Below the pieces are notes generated by a model. The model saw nothing but the letters and a program-made list of their open reading frames with translations, made no database searches and was not told where the DNA came from. Source: a virus (lineage: Duplodnaviria > Caudoviricetes). Taken from it: DNA of 64,000 bases. How positions within the stretch are numbered: the first letter of the stretch is position 1; each line of letters starts with the position of its first letter. The position numbers and the translations under genes were made by a program. Location: the IMG/VR virus record IMGVR_UViG_2881096153_000005, positions 10,147 to 74,146 of that record; one strand, given 5' to 3'. Shown piece after piece: positions 1-9,726 of the stretch.

Positions 1-819
1 GTTAAGGGCAATGAGCAAGCGATTGCACAATGGTTAGACCAAAATATAAAAATTACCCAGGAAGCCTTCAAAATTGAAAAACGCAACCAAATTGCAATAT
101 TAACACGGACAACTAGAACAGGTGAAATTATAAACAACGAGCTTAAAGAACCTCATAAACTATCAGTCAGTAATGAATTAGACACGAACCTTAATGTGTG
201 GTCATCAATATTCTCAAATTTACTAAGTTTTGGGTATGATAAAAACTATAAATTTAATGATGTTATTGAATTATTTACATCATATGACAATTTCAGCAAT
301 AGTGATTTACAAAAGCTTAAAAGTTCAAAAGAAAAAATTGTAAATTTTTTTTCATCAAATACATTAAATAAAGAAGAACTAATTATCGAGTTCATAAATG
401 TTGCTAAAATTATTGCCCCTAATTCAAAAGGACAAGAATCAATAGATCTATTGAAATCTGTATTAGAAAATGCTATAGAACTAAAATCATACGAACCAGC
501 AAATGAAAACGAAGTCAATATATTGACTTTACATAAATCAAAAGGACTAGAATATGATTTTGTTTTTCATTTAGACCTATATGAATGGGTGTTTCCAAAT
601 AAACAACCTGGAAATAATAACGATTTCAATAATCCTATTTATGGTGATTGGACACAAGATCTGAACTTGCATTATGTTGGAATTACAAGAGCCAGAAAAG
701 GATGTTGGCTAGTTTCAAGTACGCAAAGGACAAATAGTGAAGGTATATCGAAGAAAGGAAATGATTCTGAATTTATTTGGAAAGATAAAATTGAAGATTT
801 GAGATTCCCTATTACATAG
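1..819 (+). CDS. UvrD/Rep-like superfamily 1 helicase, C-terminal part (5' end outside window)
   Basis: Frame is open from base 1 (VKGNEQ...IAILTRT...). It contains SF1 helicase motifs LTLHKSKGLEYD (motif V) and YVGITRARK (motif VI). Confidence 0.8.
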   Translation, partial: VKGNEQAIAQWLDQNIKITQEAFKIEKRNQIAILTRTTRTGEIINNELKEPHKLSVSNELDTNLNVWSSIFSNLLSFGYDKNYKFNDVIELFTSYDNFSNSDLQKLKSSKEKIVNFFSSNTLNKEELIIEFINVAKIIAPNSKGQESIDLLKSVLENAIELKSYEPANENEVNILTLHKSKGLEYDFVFHLDLYEWVFPNKQPGNNNDFNNPIYGDWTQDLNLHYVGITRARKGCWLVSSTQRTNSEGISKKGNDSEFIWKDKIEDLRFPIT

Positions 820-1057
820 CTCTTTAACTAACTGAAAAAACCTAAATTTGGAAGAGTCAAATGAGAAAATTATTGTATCTAAGTACTCTTTTCAATTTAA
901 ATTGACGACCTATATTGCCAATCATCAGGCTAAAGTCAGGTCAAAATGCTCTTTCAGGAAACTAAGCAACAAAGCCGATTTGAAAGATAAAGAATAAAGA
1001 AGCTAAAACAGAAAAAGGACGACTAAAAAAACAACTAACCGCAAATAGCGGTTTTGA

Positions 1058-1075
1058 AAAAGCTTAGGTTTTGTG
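1058..1075 (+). repeat. Left copy of a degenerate direct repeat flanking the 1237-2163 gene
   Basis: AAAAGCTTAGGTTTTGTG matches AAAAGCGTGGGTTTTGTG at 2263-2280 at 16 of 18 positions. Both lie in longer intergenic tracts. Confidence 0.45.
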
Positions 1076-1236
1076 CTTCAAAGTAGGTAAAGTGCTTTAT
1101 TGAAATTCTATAATTCTAATAAAGTTTAATTCTGAAAACCAACGTCTTTGCAAAGCAAAAAAAATATTTGGATTGATAACCGACCCATTTGAACAGTAGT
1201 ACTAACTCGAAAAATTTATCAAGATATAAATAGATC

Positions 1237-2163
1237 GTGGATATATCAGCAATAGATAAAAAAATTTCTGAACTAACTACCAAGTTGAATAGTAAAGTTC
1301 CGAAAATGAAAAAGGATAAAGTAAAAATGGGTTCAATACCTGTTCACCTGAAGAAATATTATGCCGAAGAAATTGCGAAACTTGAAAAACAAAAAACTTA
1401 CTTACAAAGCCTAGAAGAAGTTCATACAACAATCGATTGGAGCAATGTCAAATTTGAAAACTTTCAGATAAGAGTAATAATTAACGGGCAGTATTCAGAA
1501 CCGTTTCAACTTTTGGAATCTCGTAGTTCCTATGAGTTTTTAAAACCTTATTTTTTAAAATCTGACTTGAATCCATTATCAGTTTCAATGCTGGGAAATA
1601 AAATTTCTTCAATAAGTGATTTATCTGAACTGAATTGTGTATTAAACATACTTTCAATTCAAGACGAAATCAATAACTATTTCAACGACTTCGAATCTAC
1701 TACCATTGAAAAAATCTTATTAAAGCTGAAAAACATTTTGAACCAACATCTTTTTTACTTTTTCAAAATAAAGGAACGAAGTTTATACCTTAATTTTTTA
1801 TGCGAGATTCAAAGCAATGATTTCAAAATTATCCCAACGACAGAAATTTTATTGAGTAACGATAAAGTTATTTCGCACGAGGAAACTTTTCTTTTCACAG
1901 TAAAGAATCCAAAGTACGTTTATATCATTTGGGAAAGCACTCTTATAAACAGAGCAACTTACATTTTTCAAACAAGCGACAACTCCTACACAGAAGATGT
2001 GCAAAGATTATTTGACTTCATTGCATCAGGAGAAAATAGTAAGAGGAGAAAACTTAGATATTCAATTAAAACAACGGAAAATCCTTTTAAAAGTATTGGA
2101 ATAATTCAACATTCAAACATTGACGGATGGAAAATGAAAATAAAAAGTTTGGTGCAGAAATGA
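1237..2163 (+). CDS. Hypothetical protein (308 aa)
   Basis: Long AT-rich ORF with no recognised motif; GTG start uncertain. Confidence 0.65.
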   Translation: MDISAIDKKISELTTKLNSKVPKMKKDKVKMGSIPVHLKKYYAEEIAKLEKQKTYLQSLEEVHTTIDWSNVKFENFQIRVIINGQYSEPFQLLESRSSYEFLKPYFLKSDLNPLSVSMLGNKISSISDLSELNCVLNILSIQDEINNYFNDFESTTIEKILLKLKNILNQHLFYFFKIKERSLYLNFLCEIQSNDFKIIPTTEILLSNDKVISHEETFLFTVKNPKYVYIIWESTLINRATYIFQTSDNSYTEDVQRLFDFIASGENSKRRKLRYSIKTTENPFKSIGIIQHSNIDGWKMKIKSLVQK

Positions 2164-2262
2164 TACCATGCGATCCTTCATCAATCAACTAAAAGATCGT
2201 TGTGCTTACTTGTTTGGCTGCTTCGGAAAGACAGCAGCACATTCACAAAACAATACTGATGC

Positions 2263-2280
2263 AAAAGCGTGGGTTTTGTG
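2263..2280 (+). repeat. Right copy of the degenerate direct repeat flanking the 1237-2163 gene
   Basis: See 1058-1075. Confidence 0.45.
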
Positions 2281-2461
2281 TTAAAGCTCAGTTCTTCAAT
2301 TGAACATTAGTACCAAAATCCCTCCAAAGCAAAATCCAGACTCTCAGCCGAAACAGCCAGTCTTCCCCCTCACCCATCATAAATTTCTCCTTGGAAGCTG
2401 AAAAATTGACCGTGGTAAACTATCTTGTGACCCCTACAAGATTTTTAACTAATTCCACGAT

Positions 2462-4225
2462 ATGCCTACCCTTCATTGGATCGGAAAAGATAAGGTGGTT
2501 AACCATCATCTGGATGTTCCCTACCGAGTACTGAATCACGAATATGGTTTTTCTGGCGATTCCGGTAAGACAAGAACGCCTACCCAGAGCGGTAACAAGA
2601 TTATCCACGGCGACAATCTTGAAGCCCTCAAAGCCCTCTTGCCAGAGTACGAAGGCAAAGTCAATTGCATCTACATTGACCCACCATATAACACCGGAAA
2701 CGAGGGATGGGTCTACAATGATAACGTCAATGACCCCAAAATAAAGAAATGGCTGGCCACTGTTGTCGGCAAGGAAGGCGAAGATTTGACAAGGCATGAT
2801 AAGTGGCTTTGCATGATGTATCCTAGATTGATGCTTCTAAGTAAATTACTGTCTCAAGATGGTAGAATGGTCATTAGTATCGGATATCAAGAGGTTTTTA
2901 ACCTAATCCAAATTTGTAATGAGATTTTTGCTAAAAAGCAAATAGTCTGCATAACAATTCAGACTTCTGGTGGAAAGCCTGCTGGTGGGTTTAATTTTCA
3001 ACATGAGTATTTAATTTTCATTGTACCATATGACTTTAAACCAAATCCATTGCTATTTACAGGTGGCAAGTTAAGGACACCTTTTGAAGGATTGACATTA
3101 GCCACTTTTGATAAGACTCAAAGGCCTAATCAAACTTATCCTATATTTATCAATACTGATAACGGCACTCTTGCTGGAATCGGAGAATCTCTTCATGAAA
3201 GAATAAAAACAGGAGAGTATATCGACAAACCAGAAAATTTTCCATTTGATTACAATGAGGCGCCAGAAGGTACAGTCGCGATTTGGCCAACCACCTCAAA
3301 AGGGAAAGACTGTGTATGGCGTTTAAGCCCAGCAAGATTGCTTAAAGATTGGGAAAAAGGCTATATCAAAATAAGTAAAAATAGATCTAAGAAAAGTCAG
3401 AATAAATATAGTATTCAATATTTACCTGATGGGGTAATAAAAAAAATTGAATCTGGAAAACTTGAAGTAAATGGAAAAGAACCTGCAGCTCCCACTTTAA
3501 CATTTGGTAGTAATCTTACTGTGGGAAGTGAAATACCAACTCTATGGCAGGAAAAAGATTTCTATACTGTAAAAGGGACTACACAGTTAAGTCAAATTTT
3601 CAGTAAGAAGCTATTTAATTATCCAAAGCCACTAGAACTAATAACTGAAATTTTGAGATCAATCAGTTCTCTGGATGATATTATCTTGGATTCCTTTGCT
3701 GGTTCTGGCACAACAGGTAATGCCACACTGAAATTAAATTTGGAAGATTCTGGTACGCGAAACTTTATACTAATTGAAATGGAAGAATATGCCGAAACTA
3801 CAACTGCTGAGCGGGTCAAGCGGGTCATTAATGGCTATGGAGAAGGCGAAAAAGCCGTGGAAGGTACCGGAGGGATCTTTGACTACTACACGCTTGGGGA
3901 GCCGCTATTTGATGAATACGATAATCTAAATGAAAGTGTTGGCACGGAACGGATCCGGCAGTATGTGTGGTATTCTGAAACCCGTACAGCCTATGAATCT
4001 CAGGCAGCGGGCGAATACCTACTGGGAAAAAAGGATGAATGCGCCTACTATTTTTTCTATGAACCCGATGCTATGACTGAGCTGAATTTTGATTTTCTGG
4101 CTCTCGTCAAAGTCAAGGCAGATCAGTATGTAATTTATGCTGATAACTGCCTGCTTTCAGAGGAATTCATGTTAGCCAAAAATATAATTTTTAAGAAAAT
4201 TCCACGCGATATAACCCGCTTCTAA
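2462..4225 (+). CDS. mod: Type III restriction-modification DNA methyltransferase (Mod)
   Basis: MPTLHWIGK N-terminus, IIHGDNLEALK, catalytic IYIDPPYNTG, SAM-binding ILDSFAGSGTTG (beta-class order). The central segment (about 2820-3700) is visibly more AT-rich, consistent with a target-recognition domain. Directly followed by res. Confidence 0.9.
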   Translation: MPTLHWIGKDKVVNHHLDVPYRVLNHEYGFSGDSGKTRTPTQSGNKIIHGDNLEALKALLPEYEGKVNCIYIDPPYNTGNEGWVYNDNVNDPKIKKWLATVVGKEGEDLTRHDKWLCMMYPRLMLLSKLLSQDGRMVISIGYQEVFNLIQICNEIFAKKQIVCITIQTSGGKPAGGFNFQHEYLIFIVPYDFKPNPLLFTGGKLRTPFEGLTLATFDKTQRPNQTYPIFINTDNGTLAGIGESLHERIKTGEYIDKPENFPFDYNEAPEGTVAIWPTTSKGKDCVWRLSPARLLKDWEKGYIKISKNRSKKSQNKYSIQYLPDGVIKKIESGKLEVNGKEPAAPTLTFGSNLTVGSEIPTLWQEKDFYTVKGTTQLSQIFSKKLFNYPKPLELITEILRSISSLDDIILDSFAGSGTTGNATLKLNLEDSGTRNFILIEMEEYAETTTAERVKRVINGYGEGEKAVEGTGGIFDYYTLGEPLFDEYDNLNESVGTERIRQYVWYSETRTAYESQAAGEYLLGKKDECAYYFFYEPDAMTELNFDFLALVKVKADQYVIYADNCLLSEEFMLAKNIIFKKIPRDITRF

Positions 4226-4230
4226 ACCAT

Positions 4231-6876
4231 ATGGAGTTAAAAAGCTACCAACAGGATGTCCTGAACGACCTTCGCACCTATTTTGATTACCTTACTACCA
4301 TGCAGGATCCGGCGAAAGCCTTTGATACGTATTGGGAGGAGCGGTTGGGTCCATACAATCCGATTACCCGCAAAGGCATGCGGCCCTACTTGAAAACGAT
4401 TCCAAAAGCCGTGCATTTGTGCGTGAAAGTTCCTACTGCTGGCGGGAAAACGTTTATTGCCTGCAATGCGCTAAAAGTGATTTTTGATCGAATGCCGAAG
4501 GAGGATCCAAAGGTTGTGGTATGGCTTGTACCCTGGAGCAACCTGCTGGATCAAACTGTTAATAGTCTAAGTGACCCTAACCATCCCTACCGGCAGAAGA
4601 TCAATACACTATTCAACCATCGGGTAGACGTTTACGATAAGAATAAACTATTGCAAGGGGCAAGTTTTAACCCCGGGGTTGTTAGAGAACAGCTCAGTAT
4701 CATTGTTATGAGCTTTGCCAGCCTGCGGGCTCGAAACAAAGATGATCGGAAAGTGTATCAGGAAAATGGTCAATTGGCTTCTTTTGTCGATCAATTGACT
4801 GATAAGGAGCACGTTTTAGAAAATACGGACGAGTCTGCCTTGATCAATATAATTCGCAGTTTTAATCCCGTAGTAGTAGTTGACGAAAGCCATAACGCCG
4901 AAAGTGATCTAAGCGTGGAAATGCTTAAAGCTCTGAATCCAAGCTATATTCTTGATCTTACAGCGACTCCCAAAGAAAATTCAAATATTGTAAGTATGGT
5001 GTCGGCCATGAAGCTCAAAAAAGAGCACATGGTCAAGTTGCCAATTATTGCCTACAACCATAGGGAGAAAACGGAAGTGATTGACAGTGCCCTGCACTTA
5101 CGGCAGAGTCTGGAACAAATGGCAATTGCCGAACAGAAAGCAGGCGGTAAGTATATCAGGCCTATCGTTCTATTCCAGGCACAGCCCAAAACTGGTGAGG
5201 AAAATACGACTTTTGAGAAGTTAAAAGCACTATTGATTAAAGCAAAAATTCCGGAAGAACAGATCAAGATCAAAACTGCCACGATCAATGAACTGAAAGG
5301 CGTTGACCTGCTTTCCCCTGATTGCCAGGTTCGCTACATCATTACAGTGAATGCTTTGAAAGAAGGCTGGGATTGTCCCTTTGCCTATATTTTAGCTTCT
5401 TTGGCTGATCGATCATCGGCAGTAGATGTGGAACAAATTGTTGGCCGGGTTCTTCGCCAACCCTATGTTACTGCCCATAAGCAGACACTCCTCAATATGT
5501 CGTATGTATTGACTGCCTCCCTGAAATTTGAAAACACTTTACAAAATATCATTCAGGGTTTGCAGGCCGCAGGGTTTAGTGAGAAAGATTATAGGGCCGA
5601 GAACAAAGTGACGCCGGAGGATATAGCTCAGGCAAAGGAAAAAGAAATTCAAAAGGAGTTATTTGCAGAAAGTACAGAAACCACTGCTGATGATATTGAC
5701 CCTGAAAAAATAACGTTTGATCCAGAGGAAATTAGTGAACAGCCCGCACCTGGGGTAAGTACTACAATAGAAGAAATAATTGGCCTTGCTCATGAGGAAT
5801 CGGAAAAGACGGAGGAGCAAATGAAGAATTTACGCGCAAATCCAACCGATCCTATATTCACTGAAATGGCTGACAAAGTAGTATTTTACCCTATGCGAGC
5901 AGATGTTGAAGCTCACGCTAAAGCCGTAATTCTCCCCAAATTTTACCTGAAAATTCCTTCGGGCGGCTTGCTGGAGGGTATGAATGAGAACATAGAAGTG
6001 AATAAAAATGCGCTTCTGGAAGGATTCCGCTTGGTGAAGAAAGATACAGAGATCAATTTTGAAGCTTTGGCGACGGAAGTGTATAAAATTGATATTGAAT
6101 CAGGAGCCACAACCGAAAGTTATCGACCTACTGCATCGAAAATCAAAAAAGGTGATGCGCGAAACTTGTTGATGGAGCATATCCTATCAAGGCCTAAAAG
6201 TAATCAGGTAAAAGACATTGCCCATATGCTCCGGAAGCACCTGGGAGATTTGAGCCCGGTATCAGAACAGGATGTGACCAAATATCTTACGAAAGTTTTG
6301 GAGGATATGTCAACCGAAGAGTTTACTGAAATTCTTAATCGTGAATTACTCTTTGGCCGGATACTTAAGCAGAAAATCCAGGGCTTTATGGATGAGTATG
6401 CAGAAAAGCAATTTGGTGATTATCTAGAAACAGGTAAAATTTTCATGAAACCAGTTTGGAAATTTCCAGAGCAAATTGTCCCAGGAATGGTAGGGCCCAG
6501 TATCGTGCGGTCGCTGTATGAGAAGGAAGGGAGCGTCAATAACTTCGAGCACAAAATCATACTTGAAGTGGCCAGCATGGATAATGTAGCTTTTTGGCAC
6601 CGGAACCTCGGCCGTGGAAAAGGCTTCGCAATCAACGGATTTAAATCCAACCATTACCCTGACTTTATTATACTGACACAATCGGGAAACCTGATTGTAC
6701 TGGAAACCAAAGGGGATGACCGCGACAACTCGGACAGTCAGGCCAAGGTACGGCTCGGGAACACCTGGGCTATTCGTGCCGGTCAAAAGTTCAAATACTA
6801 CATGGTGTTTGAAAAAAACAGCATCGACGGAGCCTACACCTGGGATAGGTTTAAGGAGCTGATGGAGGGATTGTGA
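4231..6876 (+). CDS. res: Type III restriction endonuclease/helicase subunit (Res)
   Basis: Walker A KVPTAGGKT, DESH box, LKEGWDCP, QIVGRVLRQP and a C-terminal PD-(D/E)xK motif YPDF...LETKG. Starts 5 bp after mod. Confidence 0.9.
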   Translation: MELKSYQQDVLNDLRTYFDYLTTMQDPAKAFDTYWEERLGPYNPITRKGMRPYLKTIPKAVHLCVKVPTAGGKTFIACNALKVIFDRMPKEDPKVVVWLVPWSNLLDQTVNSLSDPNHPYRQKINTLFNHRVDVYDKNKLLQGASFNPGVVREQLSIIVMSFASLRARNKDDRKVYQENGQLASFVDQLTDKEHVLENTDESALINIIRSFNPVVVVDESHNAESDLSVEMLKALNPSYILDLTATPKENSNIVSMVSAMKLKKEHMVKLPIIAYNHREKTEVIDSALHLRQSLEQMAIAEQKAGGKYIRPIVLFQAQPKTGEENTTFEKLKALLIKAKIPEEQIKIKTATINELKGVDLLSPDCQVRYIITVNALKEGWDCPFAYILASLADRSSAVDVEQIVGRVLRQPYVTAHKQTLLNMSYVLTASLKFENTLQNIIQGLQAAGFSEKDYRAENKVTPEDIAQAKEKEIQKELFAESTETTADDIDPEKITFDPEEISEQPAPGVSTTIEEIIGLAHEESEKTEEQMKNLRANPTDPIFTEMADKVVFYPMRADVEAHAKAVILPKFYLKIPSGGLLEGMNENIEVNKNALLEGFRLVKKDTEINFEALATEVYKIDIESGATTESYRPTASKIKKGDARNLLMEHILSRPKSNQVKDIAHMLRKHLGDLSPVSEQDVTKYLTKVLEDMSTEEFTEILNRELLFGRILKQKIQGFMDEYAEKQFGDYLETGKIFMKPVWKFPEQIVPGMVGPSIVRSLYEKEGSVNNFEHKIILEVASMDNVAFWHRNLGRGKGFAINGFKSNHYPDFIILTQSGNLIVLETKGDDRDNSDSQAKVRLGNTWAIRAGQKFKYYMVFEKNSIDGAYTWDRFKELMEGL

Positions 6877-6905
6877 GAAAAGCAATAATGTAAATCCATT
6901 CACAT

Positions 6906-8012
6906 ATGAACAAAGTTACTTATTTAATCGGAGCGGGTGCCAGTGCCAATGCTTTGCCGGTGGTTAATGGCATTCCTGAAAAAATGGCAGAAATGCGAAA
7001 TAAATTTGACGGAATTAGTTTTAGCAATAGAGAGTTTTTTTCATTCGATACTCTGAAAGAATGTAATAAACAAGAATGTAAAAATATATTTCTTGCTGAT
7101 TTAGATAAAATTAGGCTTGCCATTGAAGATCATGCAAGTGCTGACACCTACGCAAAAAAGCTTTTTTTACAGAATGATACGGAAGGACTTGTGCGTTTAA
7201 AATTGATGCTATCCATTTTGTTTAGTATAGCTCAATCAAGACATGCTGGTGTTGATAAAAGGTATGATGCCTTTTTTGCTTCTATACTTAATCGCCTAGA
7301 TGAATTTCCGACTAACTTACGAATACTTTCATGGAATTATGACCAACAGTTTGAAATGGGGTATGCACGTTTTAGCAAAAGAGGTTTAGAAGATGCACAT
7401 CAAACTTTACGTGTTCAATTTAAACATCTTGGAAAAAGTCTTCATAATAACTATAATGCTGACAAGTTTTCAATTATTAAGCTAAATGGCTCAACCGGCC
7501 TTGTTGGTGATAATAGAAATTATCGGTCGCTACTAAGTGATTACAGAGTTTCCAAAGAACAGAATAATGAAATTGATCCTAATGAGGGGTTCAGATATAA
7601 TAGTAACCAAGCTGAATACTTATTATGTAAATATCATGAAATGCTATATCCCTTCCGAAAGAATCAAAATCCTGATATGGAACCTCTAATGTCTTTTGCC
7701 TGGGAAGATGAATTTTTTGATTCAAACCATATAAAGACAAAGGCTGTAGAATCATGTATAAAAGCAAATACACTTGTGGTAATTGGCTATTCTTTCCCTT
7801 ACTTCAATCGAGAAACTGATAAGATGTTGTTCGACAATATGAGGAGTTTGAAGAAGATCTATATTCAAGATAAATATCCACAAGATGTAAAAGATCGAAT
7901 TTTGACACTTATGCCTACTGAGAAATCTCCGGAAAATCAAAAAATCTCTCCACTTCCAGAATTTGTTTTCATTACAAACTTAGATCAATTTGTGATTCCA
8001 CACGAGTTGTGA
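6906..8012 (+). CDS. SIR2-like (sirtuin-fold) protein, probable defence effector
   Basis: YLIGAGAS, LSWNYD, IIKLNGS and LVVIGYSFP motifs occur in the order typical of SIR2-like NADase domains. Confidence 0.75.
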   Translation: MNKVTYLIGAGASANALPVVNGIPEKMAEMRNKFDGISFSNREFFSFDTLKECNKQECKNIFLADLDKIRLAIEDHASADTYAKKLFLQNDTEGLVRLKLMLSILFSIAQSRHAGVDKRYDAFFASILNRLDEFPTNLRILSWNYDQQFEMGYARFSKRGLEDAHQTLRVQFKHLGKSLHNNYNADKFSIIKLNGSTGLVGDNRNYRSLLSDYRVSKEQNNEIDPNEGFRYNSNQAEYLLCKYHEMLYPFRKNQNPDMEPLMSFAWEDEFFDSNHIKTKAVESCIKANTLVVIGYSFPYFNRETDKMLFDNMRSLKKIYIQDKYPQDVKDRILTLMPTEKSPENQKISPLPEFVFITNLDQFVIPHEL

Positions 8013-8078
8013 TAATAATCCTAACGGATGTTTTAAATCATCTTAATTTTCTGACTGTACCCTCAAAAAACCACTAAA

Positions 8079-8576
8079 ATGAAAAAAATCCTAACTATCC
8101 TACTTGCATTCTTTATTTTCTCCTGCCAATCGAAAAAGGAAGAATCTCCTGAAATGGTTTTGCTGCGAGAACAAAACGAACTACTCAAAAAGCAACTTGA
8201 AGAAGCTGAAAAATCTAAAACTGAGATTAAACAGAAAGTTGTAGAACAAGCCAAAATCCAGAAAGTAAAAAAGGTCGTTATTGACGATGATAGAATAAAG
8301 CAAGACTTACTAGGGCGGAGATTCGAGTATTTACAACCTGGCTTAGTTAGGATTAGGAAAACCTGGGAATTTGCCTCCCTATCTGAATTCATTACGTTCA
8401 GTGTAGAGAATGAAATAACAAAGGAAGATTATATTGAAAAAACTATCTCCATGACTTTGGAAGATAACCGAAGTGGTCAAAAGCATTATTGCAAAATGCT
8501 TGTTAGCTATTCAAAATCAGGTAATGAATGGATTATGGTCAGAAATGATGTATTGAAGTTTAATAACATTGATTGA
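8079..8576 (+). CDS. Hypothetical lipoprotein with N-terminal coiled coil
   Basis: Signal and lipobox MKKILTILLAFFIFSC, followed by an E/K/Q-rich helix. Confidence 0.7.
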   Translation: MKKILTILLAFFIFSCQSKKEESPEMVLLREQNELLKKQLEEAEKSKTEIKQKVVEQAKIQKVKKVVIDDDRIKQDLLGRRFEYLQPGLVRIRKTWEFASLSEFITFSVENEITKEDYIEKTISMTLEDNRSGQKHYCKMLVSYSKSGNEWIMVRNDVLKFNNID

Positions 8577-8603
8577 TTTTACGGAATAGAAATTAATAAT
8601 TTT

Positions 8604-8876
8604 ATGCAAAAAAATAATGAATCTTCCGATAAGCTAGAATACTGGATAAAATTATTATTTTGGATGAGTTGTAATACCATACTTGGCTGGATGGCTAGCA
8701 AAGTTAGTTGGGTTTTAGGTTTCACTTGGTTAGATGAAGATGGATTTATTTTTGAATTCCTACATGGAACTATTATTCTAGGATTACTTTATCCGATTGT
8801 CTTAACAGTAGGACCCATAATGGATGCAGCCGTTAAACTCGAAAAAATTTACTTTACTGAGGATAAGAATTTATAA
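8604..8876 (+). CDS. Small membrane protein (two hydrophobic segments)
   Basis: 90-aa ORF, co-oriented with neighbours, with two hydrophobic stretches. Confidence 0.55.
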   Translation: MQKNNESSDKLEYWIKLLFWMSCNTILGWMASKVSWVLGFTWLDEDGFIFEFLHGTIILGLLYPIVLTVGPIMDAAVKLEKIYFTEDKNL

Positions 8877-8933
8877 TCCTTGGCCTTTGTCTCACAGGCC
8901 TATTTTGTATGGTCCAAAAACCCATACCTTTCT

Positions 8934-8966
8934 GAACCCTGCCCACCGGCAGGGTTCTTTGCTTTT
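8934..8966 (+). terminator. Intrinsic terminator
   Basis: GAACCCTGCC-cacc-GGCAGGGTTC followed by TTTGCTTTT. Confidence 0.65.
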
Positions 8967-9064
8967 GTGGCCTGCCAAAGTAGGGTTCAAAAAGTAGGTT
9001 CAGTTCAAAAACATGCGCTATCTTTATGGACCTAACTTTATGACCGCTTCTACAGACCTACTCT

Positions 9065-9628
9065 ATGAATCAAATATTCGGATACGCTCGTGTGTCGACA
9101 GCTGACCAAATTACAGACACCCAAATTGATGCTTTACAGAAATTCGGCTGTGATCGCATTTTTAAAGAGAAAATTTCCGGACTTTCCGTTCAACGTCCAG
9201 CCCTGGACGAAATGCTATCTCTCCTGCGGGAAGGTGATACTGTCGTGGTTTCCCGCTTTAACCGATTAGGCCGAAGCCGGGATCACTTGATTAGTCTGAT
9301 TGGTGAGTTCTCTAAACGCGGCATCATCTTCAAAGCCCTGGACCTGGGAATTGATTCTTCTACACCTTCGGGAAAACTGGTCATCGGCATCTTTGCCGCC
9401 TTAGCTGAATATGATCGGGAGATGATTCTTGAAAAGACCCGCGCCGGCCAAATACTGGCAAAGGCAAAAGGAAAGCACATTGGCCGGCCATCCGGAGCAA
9501 ATCAGGAGAATTATACAAAAGTGAAGAAAGCTATAGATAAGGGTTTATCTGTGATCGAAATTGTACAACTGACCGGCATCAGCATTTCCAGCGTAAAGAG
9601 GTACCGAAAGGAAATTTCCAGATCGTAA
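9065..9628 (+). CDS. Small serine recombinase (resolvase/invertase family)
   Basis: FGYARVSTADQ catalytic Ser motif, RPALDEML, LREGDTVVV..FNRLGRS, GKHIGRP and a C-terminal HTH. Confidence 0.92.
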   Translation: MNQIFGYARVSTADQITDTQIDALQKFGCDRIFKEKISGLSVQRPALDEMLSLLREGDTVVVSRFNRLGRSRDHLISLIGEFSKRGIIFKALDLGIDSSTPSGKLVIGIFAALAEYDREMILEKTRAGQILAKAKGKHIGRPSGANQENYTKVKKAIDKGLSVIEIVQLTGISISSVKRYRKEISRS

Positions 9629-9726
9629 GTTTTTGAATTTTACTTTACAAAGAAGCTGCCCAGAGCTGTACCGTACTTTGCACGCGCTTCTTCCTAATCT
9701 TATGGGTGAAAGAATAAGGTATGGGA

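Noticed and set aside
2427-2444. GTGACCCCTACAAGATTT as the left att site of element A
   Set aside because: It shares only GTGACCC-N-TA with 18174, no arm-type repeats were seen around it, and it lies in the mod leader. Chance similarity cannot be excluded.
2462-4225. Phase-variable mod gene (phasevarion)
   Set aside because: No simple-sequence repeat tract was seen in the 5' coding region or leader.
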